This document shows positions 41,555 to 53,762 of a stretch of 64,000 nucleotides of DNA, in pieces. The stretch lies in the NCBI RefSeq assembly GCF_036321535.1, contig NC_087437.1, positions 105,216,001 through 105,280,000 of the forward strand, given 5' to 3'. The notes below the pieces were generated by a model. The model made no database searches, was not told the origin of the DNA, and was given only the letters and a program-made list of their open reading frames with translations. How positions within the stretch are numbered: position 1 is the stretch's first letter; every line of letters begins with the position of its first letter. The translations under genes and the position numbers were made by a program. The stretch comes from Camelus dromedarius (taxonomy: Eukaryota).

Positions 41555-41913
41555 TGAATTAGTCAGGTCAAGTTGCTAAAACAAAACACCATAAACTAGG
41601 CGGCTTAAACAATAGAAATTTACTTCTCACAGCTGGAGCTGGAAATTGGAGCTCAGGGTGCCAGCATGGTTGGGTTCTGGTTAACAGCTCTCTTCCTGCC
41701 TTGCAGATGGCAAATTTCTCACTGTGTACCGACAAGGCAGAGAGCAAATGGGTACCTTTTATTATAAGGGCACAAATCCTATGACAGAGGCTGCTTTCTC
41801 ATGATTTTATCCTACCCTAATCTTCCCCCAAAGGCTTTATCTTCAAATATCATCATATTGCAAGTTAGGGCTTCAACATATGAATCTGGGGAGGACACAT
41901 TCAGTCCCTAAGA
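41555..41913 (-). mobile_element. MLT1A-type solo LTR
   Basis: Full-length match from 'aacaaaacaccataaactaggcggcttaaacaatagaaattt' to 'ggaggacacattcagtcc', with TSD gaact/gacct. Confidence 0.92.
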
Positions 41914-42819
41914 GACCTCTAAAGCTTCAGGTTTTCTTTCCGTATTCAAATGCACCTTAAGGTAGGGACTTAAGGATGACCCATAAGTTTCAGGAGTTTA
42001 GATTCTTCAAACCTGTTCTCAATTATGCTGAAATCACTACAAAACACAGCTGAAATTTGACTGATCCAAGACATTCCTTTTCATCATCGAGCGTTCCTCC
42101 ATTTCCCCTGAGAATTCACTCTCCTATTGAGAAGCCTCAACCTAAACTTTTTTTAGTTTTCCTTGCTGATTTTTATTCTTTTCTTCTTAAAATACTATAT
42201 ATATATTCATAATTAAAGCCAATAACCTTCCATTTTTCCTTTTGATTAAACTTTGCAAAGAGACAAAAATTCTTTTCTAAATTAAATGTCAACAATTACA
42301 ACAACTGTTGCATTCTGAATATCAAAAATGGATATGTATTTCTCCTGAAAACAAACATTGATTACTGAAAGCAAAATGTTGCTAAAATCGAGTGTGGTTG
42401 AAGAAAAAAATATAGGCCTCTATTTTTTTCCCAAATAACACCAGTTCATTTTCATTTTGTCTTTCCAGAAATGTGCTTCCAAAATGACAATGAAATGAGA
42501 AATTGAAGCAATTATCTACATCATTCACATCAAACAGACTCATTAAATAAGAACAGATGGTAAGGGCAGAAATTGTAGCTTGAAGTCTATCTTCCTCGTA
42601 TACTACATATGAAAATAGATTGTTTCTTCAGTGCTTTTATTTTAAAACAGTCGACACCTCCTCTAACAGATGAGTTCATTTGAAATGTTAAGTGGAAGCT
42701 TCCAGTCATAAATTACACTTCTTTAGCCATTTAAAATAATAACAAGCCATTTACTCATCAAGCCCACAGAAGTGTAGTAAAATAGGTACTTACTGTAAAT
42801 ATTTTATTTGGGGGCCTGG

Positions 42820-43231
42820 CATGTCTGATGGACATCATGCAGCCTCCTATACCCCTCTGCAGGAATATGCAGATGTCAGGAAGAATGACACACAAGGCAC
42901 CAATGGATGTGAAAAAAAGTAATTACTCACAGAGTAAACAGCAAAACAATTCCTCAATAGGAAGCCATCAGGTCAGATTCTGAGTCAAACAAGAGCGAGT
43001 GAGGGCAGGTGTCCCTGATTTCTGTTTGTTTATATGCTGGAGGCAAGGTGAAGGTTCTGCTGGGCTTGGGTTTGAACGGTTTGAATTTCCCACAGGCACC
43101 AATAGGGGAAGCTCAGGGGCTTTCAGATAAGCTGGCTTGTCTAGAAGTGGGGCAAAAGGGGAGGGAGAGGAGTGGGGCTTGAAAGCTGCCTACAGTCCAG
43201 TATCACAAATAGTGTCAGACCTTTTATCACA
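42820..43231 (-). mobile_element. ERVL LTR (MER74/MER73-like)
   Basis: The reverse complement starts 'tgtgataaaaggtctgacac...cagctttcaagccccactcctctccctcccc...gccccacttctagacaagc'. The left boundary is uncertain. Confidence 0.7.
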
Positions 43232-44139
43232 GTGAACGTGTAGCTATGGGAGGCTGCTGGAGGACATAGTGACAAATTTCTAAATTATTTTGAATTATGT
43301 AAATTCAAATGCTTTTTACAATGTTCTAATTGCATTTGTAATCTAATTGTACATTCCTGATTTTGGAAATTAGTCCAGTAAAATTGTTACGGAAATTCAC
43401 AAAGATTTTCATATAAAGTTTTATTGCAATATTGTAATATTGCATAACAAATGAATATAGATTCAAGTGTCCCAAACTGTAACAATTAAATTTTTATATT
43501 CAATAATGGTTAGTTTTATATATTTAATAACTTTTGTACCAGCACATATTTCATAATGGAAATTTTATAGAGATACTTTTACCCAAGACAATGATCAGAT
43601 TATAATCATGAATGATGAGGATTATAAAACCTTGTATACAACATGATGCCCTGAGGATGTGTCCATGCATGTATATTGTTTTAGAAGGAAATATACTAGG
43701 TTACTAGTGGTTATTCTAATTGGTTAGATCATGGATGTTTTTTTATTATCTATGTATTTCACTTCATTTACTAAATGAATAAATGCTTTTATATAAGTAG
43801 AAAAAAGAAATAGCACTTATTTTCTTCTTCTGAACATGCATCACAGAATGTCTTTTGGTTGAATCATAGTCTAATAATTTCTTGTTGCATAATTGGGAAA
43901 AAGTTTATGGTAATTTTAGACACCTGTTATTTATAAATATACATGAATATTAAGAACTTTGCTTATAGTAAGATTGACACATTATAATTGACTGTACTTC
44001 AATAAAAAAAGAATCTTACTTCAGAATGAAATCAAACTATATTTGCTTATTTTACTTTGCTTAGAATTGGGCATTCATGTTAATATTGGTAATCTAGAAA
44101 TTATTATAACATAGTTATATTAAGTCTGTATTTTTAAAC

Positions 44140-44236
44140 TTTTTTTAAACTGAAGTACAATTGATTTACAATGTCTTAGTTTCTGGTGTACAGCATAGTG
44201 ATTCAGTTTTACATATATATATTCTTTTTCATTGTA
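44140..44236 (-). mobile_element. Short L1 3' tail with a degenerate TSD
   Basis: 'tgaagtacaattgatttacaatgtcttagtttctggtgtacagcatagtgattcag', flanked by aagtctgtattttt (44122-44135) and aagcctgtgtttct (44237-44250). Confidence 0.88.
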
Positions 44237-44879
44237 AAGCCTGTGTTTCTAAATCGGAATTCCATACTGGACAGAGAAACAGCTAGGCATGTGAAATAAC
44301 TATTAGAAGCTCTCCGTAGGACATTTTTTTCTATATAAATTGGAGAATTTAACCAACTTAGTAAAAACAAAAGAATTACTGAAAAATAAAATACAGTTTT
44401 AATTATGTATTTCTTGAATGTTCAATTTCTAATTATTACCGTGAATTCTGGCATCTAGTTACTGTTTTTTTACTTTATTACTTTTCTCAGTGCATGTACT
44501 CTCTATGGAGCACGATCCTGGACTTGTGGGTGGGGTTCCTTCATTTCTTCCTTCTCTCCCTCCCTCTCCTTTTTTTCTGTACTATATTACTATACAGAAA
44601 AGATCTAAAGTGGCTGCAGTCACTTCCATAAAGACATAGGGTACAAGCTATAAAATCGAGGTCATTTGGCAACATAGAATAATGAAAAATGACTACTGCA
44701 TAGATTTTTGAGATGTGAACTATGATATGAAATATGTGGCCCTGGATAAATTTTGGATCTCAATGTCCTCATCTAATATGTGAGCTATCATACCTTTATA
44801 AGGCTTATCACCTGTTTGTTTGCAAGGTTCTTAGCAATGTTTAGAACACTTACTAAGCATTAAGTTATAATGTAACAGA

Positions 44880-45000
44880 TTTTTTCATTCATTCAACAAA
44901 TATTTACCGAGAACACATCATATTCCAGGTTCTCTTCTGGTTCCTAAGAATGCGGCAGTGAAAAACATAGACGATGCCCATGGACTTTATACATTATAGG
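44880..45000 (-). mobile_element. L2 3' end
   Basis: 'ttcattcattcaacaaatatttaccgag' is the reverse complement of the L2 tail. Confidence 0.85.
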
Positions 45001-45451
45001 GAATGCATTAACATGTTACAGGTAGTTACCTTGGTGAAATAGAACATTATGTTAGATTAAACATCTAACAGTATTTCCTATGTTCAACTAGACCTCATTG
45101 ATGTAATAAATTTAAGCCACTGCTAAAAGTATATAAAAAATTATTCCACATATTTTCTTGAAATGATTGATGACTTCTTTACAGTTATCAAACAAAAAGG
45201 AAAATTTTATATTACCTAATTTCCAGTATTCATCTATTAATCAGAATTAAAAGTACAATGTGGCCTGAGAGATTTCTCAAAGAAAACACACTGAGCAAAG
45301 TTCAGCAGGTTTCATTAAAGTAAACATAATGGTGAGTTGTGTAACTGGATTTCTCATGATGTCCCCCCAAAAGCCAATGATGCATTGCTAAAGTGCAAGG
45401 GAATTAAAACAAATCTAAAAAGGCCCAACAGTGGGAGCTCATAACTATCTC

Positions 45452-45732
45452 ACTGGCTCAACAGAGAGATTGCAAACCTGCAGATCATATGTTACCATCC
45501 ACCAGCAGACATGTGTTTCTTTTGCCAGCACACAAATATCACAGAATTTCAGATAAATATCCATACTCCAGGTTTCTCTAGGAAAGCTGGAAGATACACC
45601 AACATTAGCCAAAATTCACAAAACAGCAACCATATTCACTGCTTGAATAACTATCCCCCTTAAATAAGCCACAAGTCCTCCAATTTGCTTGCTTCCCACT
45701 GTTGTTCCTGTTTTCTTGCCTGATCCTATAGG
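45452..45732. mobile_element. MER102-type hAT-Charlie element
   Basis: 'cagagagattgcaaac...cagacatgtgtttcttttgccagcaca...ccaggtttctctaggaaagctggaagat...ttgcctgatcctatagg'. Confidence 0.65.
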
Positions 45733-45733
45733 T

Positions 45734-46079
45734 TGTCTTAATCAGTCTGGGCTGCTATAACAAAGAGTCACAGGCTAGGAGGCTTATAATTAACAGAAAT
45801 TAATTTCTCATAATTCTGGACATTGCAAGGTCCAGACCAGGGTGCCAACAGGTCTGGTGTCTGGTAAGAGCCATCTTCCTGCTGTGTCATCACACGGTAG
45901 AAGAGGTGATGGTGCCTTCTGGGGTCTCTTATAAGAGCACCAAACCCAATCTTGAGAGTTCTACCCTCATGACCTAATCACCTCTCCTGGAAGAAGACCC
46001 CAGTTCCAAATCCCATCATGCTGGGAAACAGGTTTCAGCATACAAATTTTGGGGTGACACAAACATTCAGTCTGTAGTA
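45734..46079 (-). mobile_element. MLT1A-type solo LTR
   Basis: 'tgtcttaatcagtctgggctgctataacaaa...ccctcatgacctaatcacctc...ggggtgacacaaacattcagtc'. Confidence 0.92.
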
Positions 46080-48202
46080 AATCTCTTCTCCCATATATAA
46101 ATAGATACTTCAGCATAAGTAAAGGAATGGTTTCACTTTGTCTCCTTCAAATGTTTTTTTAATACTATTTTTTCAAACATATATATGAATACATTTGGAT
46201 AGTATATTTCCTGACAAATAAGTATCTGTATAATCAAAGTGAACCATTTGAATGTATGGTCAAGCGAGCTGGCATAGGATTGATACTACTTCTGGAAATC
46301 TGGGAAGAGTGTCTCAACCCAGTATGGCTGGACAAGGTAGCTTTGTTGGCACTAGTGGTAGAGTGAAAAATGCCAAGTCCAAGTCATCATGGAGTTTACA
46401 GTTCTGTGGAGAATACAGAAAATAAGAAAAGAAATAAATCATACAATATTAGATATGTGCCAAAACAATAAAAGACAGAAGGAGGATCAGGAATGAATGA
46501 ATATGGGTGAGAATTATTTTAGATAGGATGCATCAGAAAATTCCTTCCTGAAACACACTTTTTGAGCAGAGATGTGTTGTGTTTAACATTCATCCTTATT
46601 AGGTCTGTCCTGAATGTGCACAGCAGATATTCTGCATCAGATTTCTTATTAATTACCTGGCAGTAAGTAATAAGCGTTGTTGCACACTAACTCCCCTGCC
46701 TCAGGGATATTCTTTTAGGCCATGGAATGAAAACCACCAACCAGAGTCTGGAAGCTGGTTTTAGAGGAGTGAGACCCTTCACAGAAGAGAGAGGAGAAAA
46801 AAATGATTTTCTGTGCTTGTTAAGTGGAAAGAGGAAGCCACCTCTCTCCCTTCCTGAAAGATTTCTTCCTTACCTGAACATTTATTTAGGTAAATAAAGT
46901 CTTCCAGGAGCCAGATAGCTCTGTAAGTCTTGACTTTTACAACCTAGAAATGTTTCCAAGTTCAAGGGTGTCTCCCTTCCTGACATGTAAGGACCCAGGT
47001 AGAAAGCACAGTAGTCTCCCAGGCACGTGCCACTTACCCTGGAGACCTAGTCCAGGCTGTAGTCATTCAGGACTCTCATAGAAAAGAAGTTTTACTACTC
47101 ATTTGGATCCAAGCAAATAATTAGACAAATAGCTACAGACACAATTCTCGTGATGCATGAAGAGTCTTAGGAAGTTGTAGCTTGTTTTAGAAGCACTTAA
47201 CAATCCACAGAAGTTTGATTTCTCCACAAGAGAATATTTGGGGTTGGGATGAGGGAGATGCTTGAAGTATTCTGTACTGAACACATTTACTTTATCTCAA
47301 TTCACTATTGCCCAATTAAAAGCTACAGATAATCTGATTATTTTCTTGACCACCTTTTTCACACAATAATGCACTTTGAAACAAAAATCAATACTGGAAA
47401 AGCTGTGCTTAAAATTTACATTTTTTCTACTATTAAATATGGTCATAAGGGCTTGAAAGGATTCAAAAGTAAAGTGATATAATATTGTACATGGGCAGTT
47501 TGTTAAACTAACATATTTGCTCCTAATTTGGGAGGAGATGTAACTATTTTTTCAAATGGCTCATACCAAATTCTGGGATGGATGGTGGATACACTGAGCC
47601 CGACCAAGCAAGGCAGTGACTGTAGAGTTGAAAAAGGTAAAAAAAAATCAAAGATAGGGACCTATTATTTGAAACTATCCCTGAAAGTATTACACAATGT
47701 CATTAATCAAAAAGCCTCAATCTACAGATGACAGAAAGGAGCTTAGAGCAAACTCTATTGATTATGTCAACAGATGTTTCTTGAGAGGTTCTGATGTTCA
47801 GGTGCTGTAGGTGAGTTGTGAGGTGAGGGAGGGAGTGACAAGGAAAACATCCAGGATTTTGACTGGATTATTTGAAGGTCCATTTACAGGAAACACAGAA
47901 GAAGAATGAGCAATAATGCAAGATGATTCTGAAAATAACTCAATTTATCTCTTAAGGTACAGTTTGCCTTTTCTATAATACAAAATGGGAAGACACAAAC
48001 TCATGATGGAGTTCTAAGAGGATGAAATATAGAGTTAGCTGAACACAGCAACTTAATATTAAATCTTCTGAAGATTTTCACATTGAATTGTAATGAAATA
48101 GTATTTGACTGCACTAAGGATGCATGTATGTGTGTATATGTATATGCATATGCATATATATATATATGGTGGTGTAGAGGTATGGGGATTTCACTGTTTT
48201 CC

Positions 48203-48737
48203 TGAAGAGTTTAGGTCCATCAGTATGGCCAAGAAGGTCTTAAAGTTTCCTTCAGCTTGACTAAACTTTAAATAGGTTCCTTCCTGACTCTAGATCCCTA
48301 ACTTCCCCCTTTTGTAGAGCAGTTACTTTAGAAAACCTTCAATTATACTTTTTTTCTCTACTCCTTTGACAGGTAAGCCTGTCTTCTCCCAGCCCCCTGC
48401 CAATGTGACAAATAGGGAATGTCTTTCTCATGGATGGTGGGGGGTGGGAGTGGGAATTCTTTTATTCATTTGAAATGTATTCACAGAAGTAGATAGCATC
48501 CCTCCCCTCCCATCCCACACCACCAGTCTGTGACAGATTAAGAGTCTAACTTCCATAAGAGACAATCAGTAAACACAGATGCCCTGAACACTTCAAATAA
48601 TCTTCCTTCTGAAGTCCTCTACTGCTTTTCCTCCCATCCTTTGTTCCAGCAGAGTTGAGTTAAATTTCTCTTTCCTATGTCAGCTGTCTTGAATATTTCT
48701 TACCTGTTTAATTTAGCTGGTGAATTTTTCTTTGACA
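48203..48737 (+). mobile_element. ERV1 solo LTR (MER34/MER39-like)
   Basis: 'aaagtttccttcagcttgactaaactttaaataggttccttcctgactctag...tactttagaaaac...gagttgagtt...tttttctttgaca'. Confidence 0.8.
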
Positions 48738-49069
48738 GATGAGAAATAACAAATACAACTGAAGATATATTCTCAACATCTGACTCAAATCTAGATGCTT
48801 TAAACTGCACCCACATGAGCGGCCAGAGATGGAGCATAAACTCTCTAGAAACACAGAGAGATGTCCTTTTGCCAAATCATCAGAGTATTGTTTTGTACAA
48901 AGCTACTTTGTTCTGTTTTCTAAATCATAAAACTACCATGAAAAAATGATGAGAAGGAAGTGCAAGTTGTTCATTTGGAGAAGCTCTGGTTTTAGAGAGG
49001 TATTTACTTCATTTTTGTAGTAATCATAATATTGATATGATAATAGTGATAATATTTTATTGAACAATC

Positions 49070-49260
49070 ATTCAATCAATTTTCAAGGGCATCGTTAAAA
49101 TCTCCTATTATGGAATTATCTGGTTCTTTTTAAATGTTTATCTGTATTATCACATTTAATTCTCAAAACTTGTTTTAAAAATAATATTTTTATACCATTT
49201 TACAGACGTGGAAACTAAGACTTAGATTAAAAATAAAACAAAAGTTTGCTTAAGTTACTT
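49070..49260 (-). mobile_element. MIR SINE
   Basis: 'tattatcacatttaattctcaaaac...ccattttacagacgtggaaactaagacttaga'. Confidence 0.75.
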
Positions 49261-50669
49261 TTTCCAGAAAGACCAGTTTTCTGAGTTGCAGGAAACACTC
49301 TCTGTTCTTTTATTTGTGAAATCATTTTCCAATAAGGCATTGTGGACTATATTCAATAATATAGTAACAAAGTTTACCTAGATCAAGTTCTGAAATTCAG
49401 ACAAGTATATGGGATTTACTCAACACTCCCAAGCAATCCAGCACCCAACATGGGTGATCATGGATGGCATAATTTGTTTTATAAAGACTTGATATCCCAA
49501 GGGAACAACAGTTCTCTTATACAAGCCAAACTACAGACAATACTATGTACACATTATCAGAAGGTAGACTTACAAATTTACACGTCCCAACGTTTTATAT
49601 TGTTCTCTTAGCTCCTAAAGAATAATCAGTGTTGAAAACCTAAGGTGCTTAGCTGATGTTAAGAAAAATTTGAACAATGAAAGCACAAGTATGAATGAAA
49701 TTACTGTATACTGACCTATCTTCAGTATTCCTATGTTATAATACAACAGACAGCATTAATCATTCTTTTATATAAAAGAAAAATAAGCACGTGACCATAG
49801 TCACTTAGCTCAGTTATGGGGACCGAGACCCAGATCTATGTAGTTTGATTTTTATGTCCATGCTTTAGTTGATGTTGTCATGGAAAAAAATATCCAAAAA
49901 GTTGAATAGAAAACAACCACAGTAATGGGTGGTGAATTCAGTTTTAGAGATGAAAGAAAAACATGGCATTGATCACAAAGTTCTCCTGCAAAAAATGTGG
50001 AATTTAGATGTTAGAGGAGATCCCAGTTTTATCCAATGCTATAAGAACTGCCCTCAGACAAGACTTAAAGTAACAAGATTTTACTTTTTTTTAAATTTTT
50101 ACAATTTTTTGAAATTGATTTTACAATTCTAAATGTAAACGAATAAAACACTGCACAACATATGATACAGGTATGAATAAGGATTTAGGGATCAGCATGC
50201 ATTTATGTGTAACTTTTGGTGGTAACCACCCAAAACAATAATATCTCCAACATGCAACAGAAAAAAGGCAAATTTGGAAAGAGCTGATATTGCATAAAGT
50301 ATGCTTTCTTAAAATAAATACAATGTTTTGTTAAATTCTAAGATTTCTTTGAGAAAGATATGACATATTGTTTTTTTTCTACCGTGTCAAATGAATCTTT
50401 TCATAGCCCTTCATAAAAATAAAAAATAAAATAAAACTAAGGACTAATGTAGCTTATATTATCAACCATTTTTAATTTGAAAGTCCGTCCCTTGAGCTAT
50501 TTTTAAATTTTTATCAAGCCGATAGAAAGTTTTTGAGCAATCTTTCAATCACTGATTCCCATGCCAATAATAAAAATTATCATAATAAATGTGTTTTAAA
50601 AATCTACTTGCAAAATTGAAATGATCTGCTTGTGAACACAACTATAATAATTTCTTTACTTATTTTTTA

Positions 50670-51380
50670 CAATTAATAAATGGATTTAGTAAAGCTGCAT
50701 ATACAAAAGCAATATACAAAAAATCAGTTGCATTTCTATACACCAATAAAGGAGTATCAGAAGGAAAAATTAAGAAAACAATCCCATTTGCAATTACACC
50801 CAAAAGAACAAAATACCTAGGTATAAATTTAACCAAGGGTGTGAAAAACTTGTACACTGAAAACTTTAAGGCCCTGATAAAGAAACTGGAGAATACATGA
50901 ATAAATAGAAAACTATTACATATTCATGCATTGTAACAATATGGTCAAAATGTTCATCTGGCCAAAGCATATGATTCAATCTCTAACAAAATTCAAATGG
51001 CATTTTTTACAGAAACAGAACAAGCAACCCTATCGTTTGTCGGGAACCACAAAGGATCCCGAATGGCCAAAGCAATCCTAAGAAAGGAGAACACAGCTGG
51101 AGACATCTCGCTCCCTGACTTCACACTACATGAGGAAGCTACTGTAACCAAGACAGTGTAGTATTGGTTCAAAAACAGGCACACGGACAAGAGGAACAGA
51201 GTAGGGAGCCCAGAAATCAACCCATGCATCCGCGATCAGTTAATTTTGACAAAGCTGTCCAGGACATACACTGGGCAAGGACAGTCCCCTCAATAAACAA
51301 TGCCAGGAAAACTGGACACCACACACCAAAGAACGATACTGGACATCATCTGCACCAAACAGAAAACTGAAATCCACAAT
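50670..51380 (+). mobile_element. L1 ORF2 internal fragment (downstream of the RT core)
   Basis: 'aaatcagttgcatttctatacaccaa...aaaatacctaggtataaatttaaccaagg...ggaaccacaaaggatcccgaatggccaaagcaatcctaag...gagcccagaaatcaaccc'. Confidence 0.95.
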
Positions 51381-52330
51381 GTTCCACGTCCAGCCCTCCC
51401 TCTGCTGGGTCCTCTGAAAATGCACCCCTCTCAGTCAGCCTCTTGAGTCAGCCTCTCACAGGAAGCTTCTCCCCACTGTTTCCTCACCTTTTACTCCCGC
51501 GGTGGCACCTCCCTGTGAGTCTGGAACACAACGGGCTCCTGTCCGCATGGATGTGACGCAGTGTTGTCCCAAAGCTGAAGCTCTGGGATGTCCCGAGGAA
51601 ACCGACCTCCTGTTAAGGTCACCACGCCCGGCGATGTTCAGAAGCCAAGGCCCTGGTGGGGGGCGGGAGTGGTCTGGAGGAGACCAAGCACCTGTCAGCT
51701 GCAGGAGGAGGCAAGTCCAAGCACAGAATCAAGTCCTCCAGCTGAACACGCGGGACCCTCACGAGGCAGAGACGGGCTTGGCTCTGCCTGCTGGCCAGCT
51801 GGAAAGCGCAGGCCCCACCACTCAGCTCCGTGGAGGCCATGCTCCCAGAGGGCAGGCCTGCAGGAGCCACTAAGTTTGGGAATTCAAACAGAAATTGAGC
51901 CAAAAATCCAGGACAAGCCACAATCCAGGCCTAGCTGAACCAAAGTTGTTGCGCTAGTCATCCCTGTAGGAGTCCGGGTGTTGTTAAGAGCCACCGTGAG
52001 AAGATGACATTAGGAGCCACCATGTCTTCAGTGCTGTGGATGACCTCTCCTCCCTTCTCTTCGCTTTTCCACAACTTGCAGAAAAATTCCCGCTCTCCTC
52101 CTCAGGTGGCTCCAGGTCGACCGCGCCTCCTCTGTGTGTGGGGGGGGGGGGGAGGAAAGGCCGTTGCCGCCGCCGCGCTGAGGATGCTGGGATGGACACG
52201 CATGCGCCCGGGCGGCCCGCAGGGCGGGGCCTCTCTTCCTTCCTTACTGTGACGTACTACCTGCAAATAAAGTGTGATTCTTCAGAACACTGTGAGCTGT
52301 GCTTCGTGTCTGTGAAAGCGCGGCATCAGA
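51380..52330 (-). promoter_or_regulatory. CpG-island-like block with promoter motifs (candidate promoter/first exon)
   Basis: About 40 CpG in 51481-52330 by hand count, 19 of them in the last 250 bp. Motifs: NRF1-like ACGCATGCGC 52198-52207, GC box GGGCGGGGC 52222-52230, TGACGT 52250-52255, (GCC)n at ~52166-52176 and a minus-strand donor AAG|GTGAGG at 51488/51487. Confidence 0.5.
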
Positions 52331-52738
52331 GAATTGCACCAGGTGTAGAAACAAATGAAAGATTGATCTAAGTGTTAAAAAAAAAAAAATTCTGAAGCCA
52401 GAAAGATGCTAAAGTACTCTTCCTTCAATTGTGTTTTCTTCTCCAAGCTTATATTCAAGGAATTTCCAATAGAACCTAAAGAAGAGCCAAGAAAATCTGC
52501 AGTTTATCTGTGTCTAAGCATTTTTTAGGAGAAAAAAGTCACAGAATTCATCCTTACTCTAAAATGATCCACAGAGCACATGCTGAAAGTCTCTTCATTT
52601 CATCAATATTGAAATCTCGTCATTTCAAGATATTTACATTGGGAAAGACTGTAAATTAGATACATCCCAAGGATATGTTTTGAATTCACACTAATAATAT
52701 ATTAGGAACATTTATTGAACCAAAGCTGAAGCACAAAC

Positions 52739-53089
52739 TGCTGTGGTCTGAATGTTTCTGTCCTTCAAAATTACTATGTTGACATTCTAATGCGTGATGT
52801 GATGGAATTACTATGTGAGGACTTTGGGAACTTCTTAAGCCATGAGTGTGGATCCCTCACAAATGGGATTAATGTTTTATAAAAGAGGCTCCAGAAAGAT
52901 CCCTAACCCCTTGAAGGATACAGGAAAGGTGCCAGATACAAAGGAGAAAGAGGGCTTTCCCCAGAACACAACCATGCCGCTTACTTAATCTTGAACTTCC
53001 TGCCTCAAGAGCAATGAAAATTAAATTTCTTTGTTTGTGAGCCACCCAGTCTGTCTATTTTGTTATAGAGGCCCAATCAGACTAAAATA
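52739..53089 (+). mobile_element. MLT1A-type solo LTR with a perfect 5-bp TSD
   Basis: 'tgctgtggtctgaatgtttctgtcc...gccacccagtctgtctattttgttatag...gactaaaata', with TSD caaac at 52734-52738 and 53090-53094. Confidence 0.93.
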
Positions 53090-53199
53090 CAAACCTAAGT
53101 CATCCTTCTATGCACTAAAACAGACCAACTTATATTAAATATATAACATTTCAAGCCCCACTTAGAACTAATTATATGCTAGAAATTCTTTTTTTTTTT

Positions 53200-53660
53200 C
53201 TTCTCCACTTTAGTACCCACAAGAATAAATGCTATTCTGATCGGAATTATCTATTAAGCCTATTCTTCTCTTTTTGCACTTTGGACATTGATATATGTGT
53301 TCCTTAATATATATATGAATATATATTATATACTTTATATATATTTATATTTATATATTATAATATATATTTTTTGTTTCTGAACTTTATATAAATGAAA
53401 ATATATAGTATTTATTTTTCTGTGACTTGAAATATTTGTTCAATATTATGTTTTAGAGATGCAGCCATGTTCATTATGCTTTCATTTCCACAAGTATATT
53501 AATAGCCTATTGTTTGAATATAACGCAATTTCTTTAATCATTCTAGGATGTATGAATATAATAAACGTTTCTCAGTGCACATGTGCAAGAATTCTTGAGT
53601 GAATATACTAAGGAGAAACATTTCAGGATTGTAGGATATTGACATATTTCAGCTTACCAT
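53200..53660 (-). mobile_element. Ancient L1ME-type 3' region
   Basis: 'tttctgaactttatataaatgaaaatatatagta...caatattatgttttagagatgcagccatgtt...gtgcacatgtgcaagaatt'. Confidence 0.7.
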
Positions 53661-53732
53661 TAATAACAATTCATTAATTCAATGTTCATAAAGATTCTAC
53701 AGAACATCACTACTACAACGAATGAGAATAGA

Positions 53733-53762
53733 CTATATCTATATCTATATCTATATCTATAT
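53733..53762. repeat. (CTATAT)5 microsatellite
   Basis: Read directly from the sequence. Confidence 0.95.

Noticed and set aside
46600..47080. Additional LTR
   Set aside because: It has only a short resemblance to ERV1 LTR text, and I could not define termini or a family.
51380..52330. GC block as an L1 5' UTR or an LTR
   Set aside because: It has no AAGATGGCG YY1-type start and no ORF1 following in either direction, and I found no TG...CA termini with a TSD. A repeat search is needed to exclude it fully.
51502..52371. Six overlapping 71-123 aa ORFs as a processed protein-coding pseudogene
   Set aside because: They are open on both strands and in several frames, as expected for stop-poor GC-rich DNA, and none resembles a protein I recognise.
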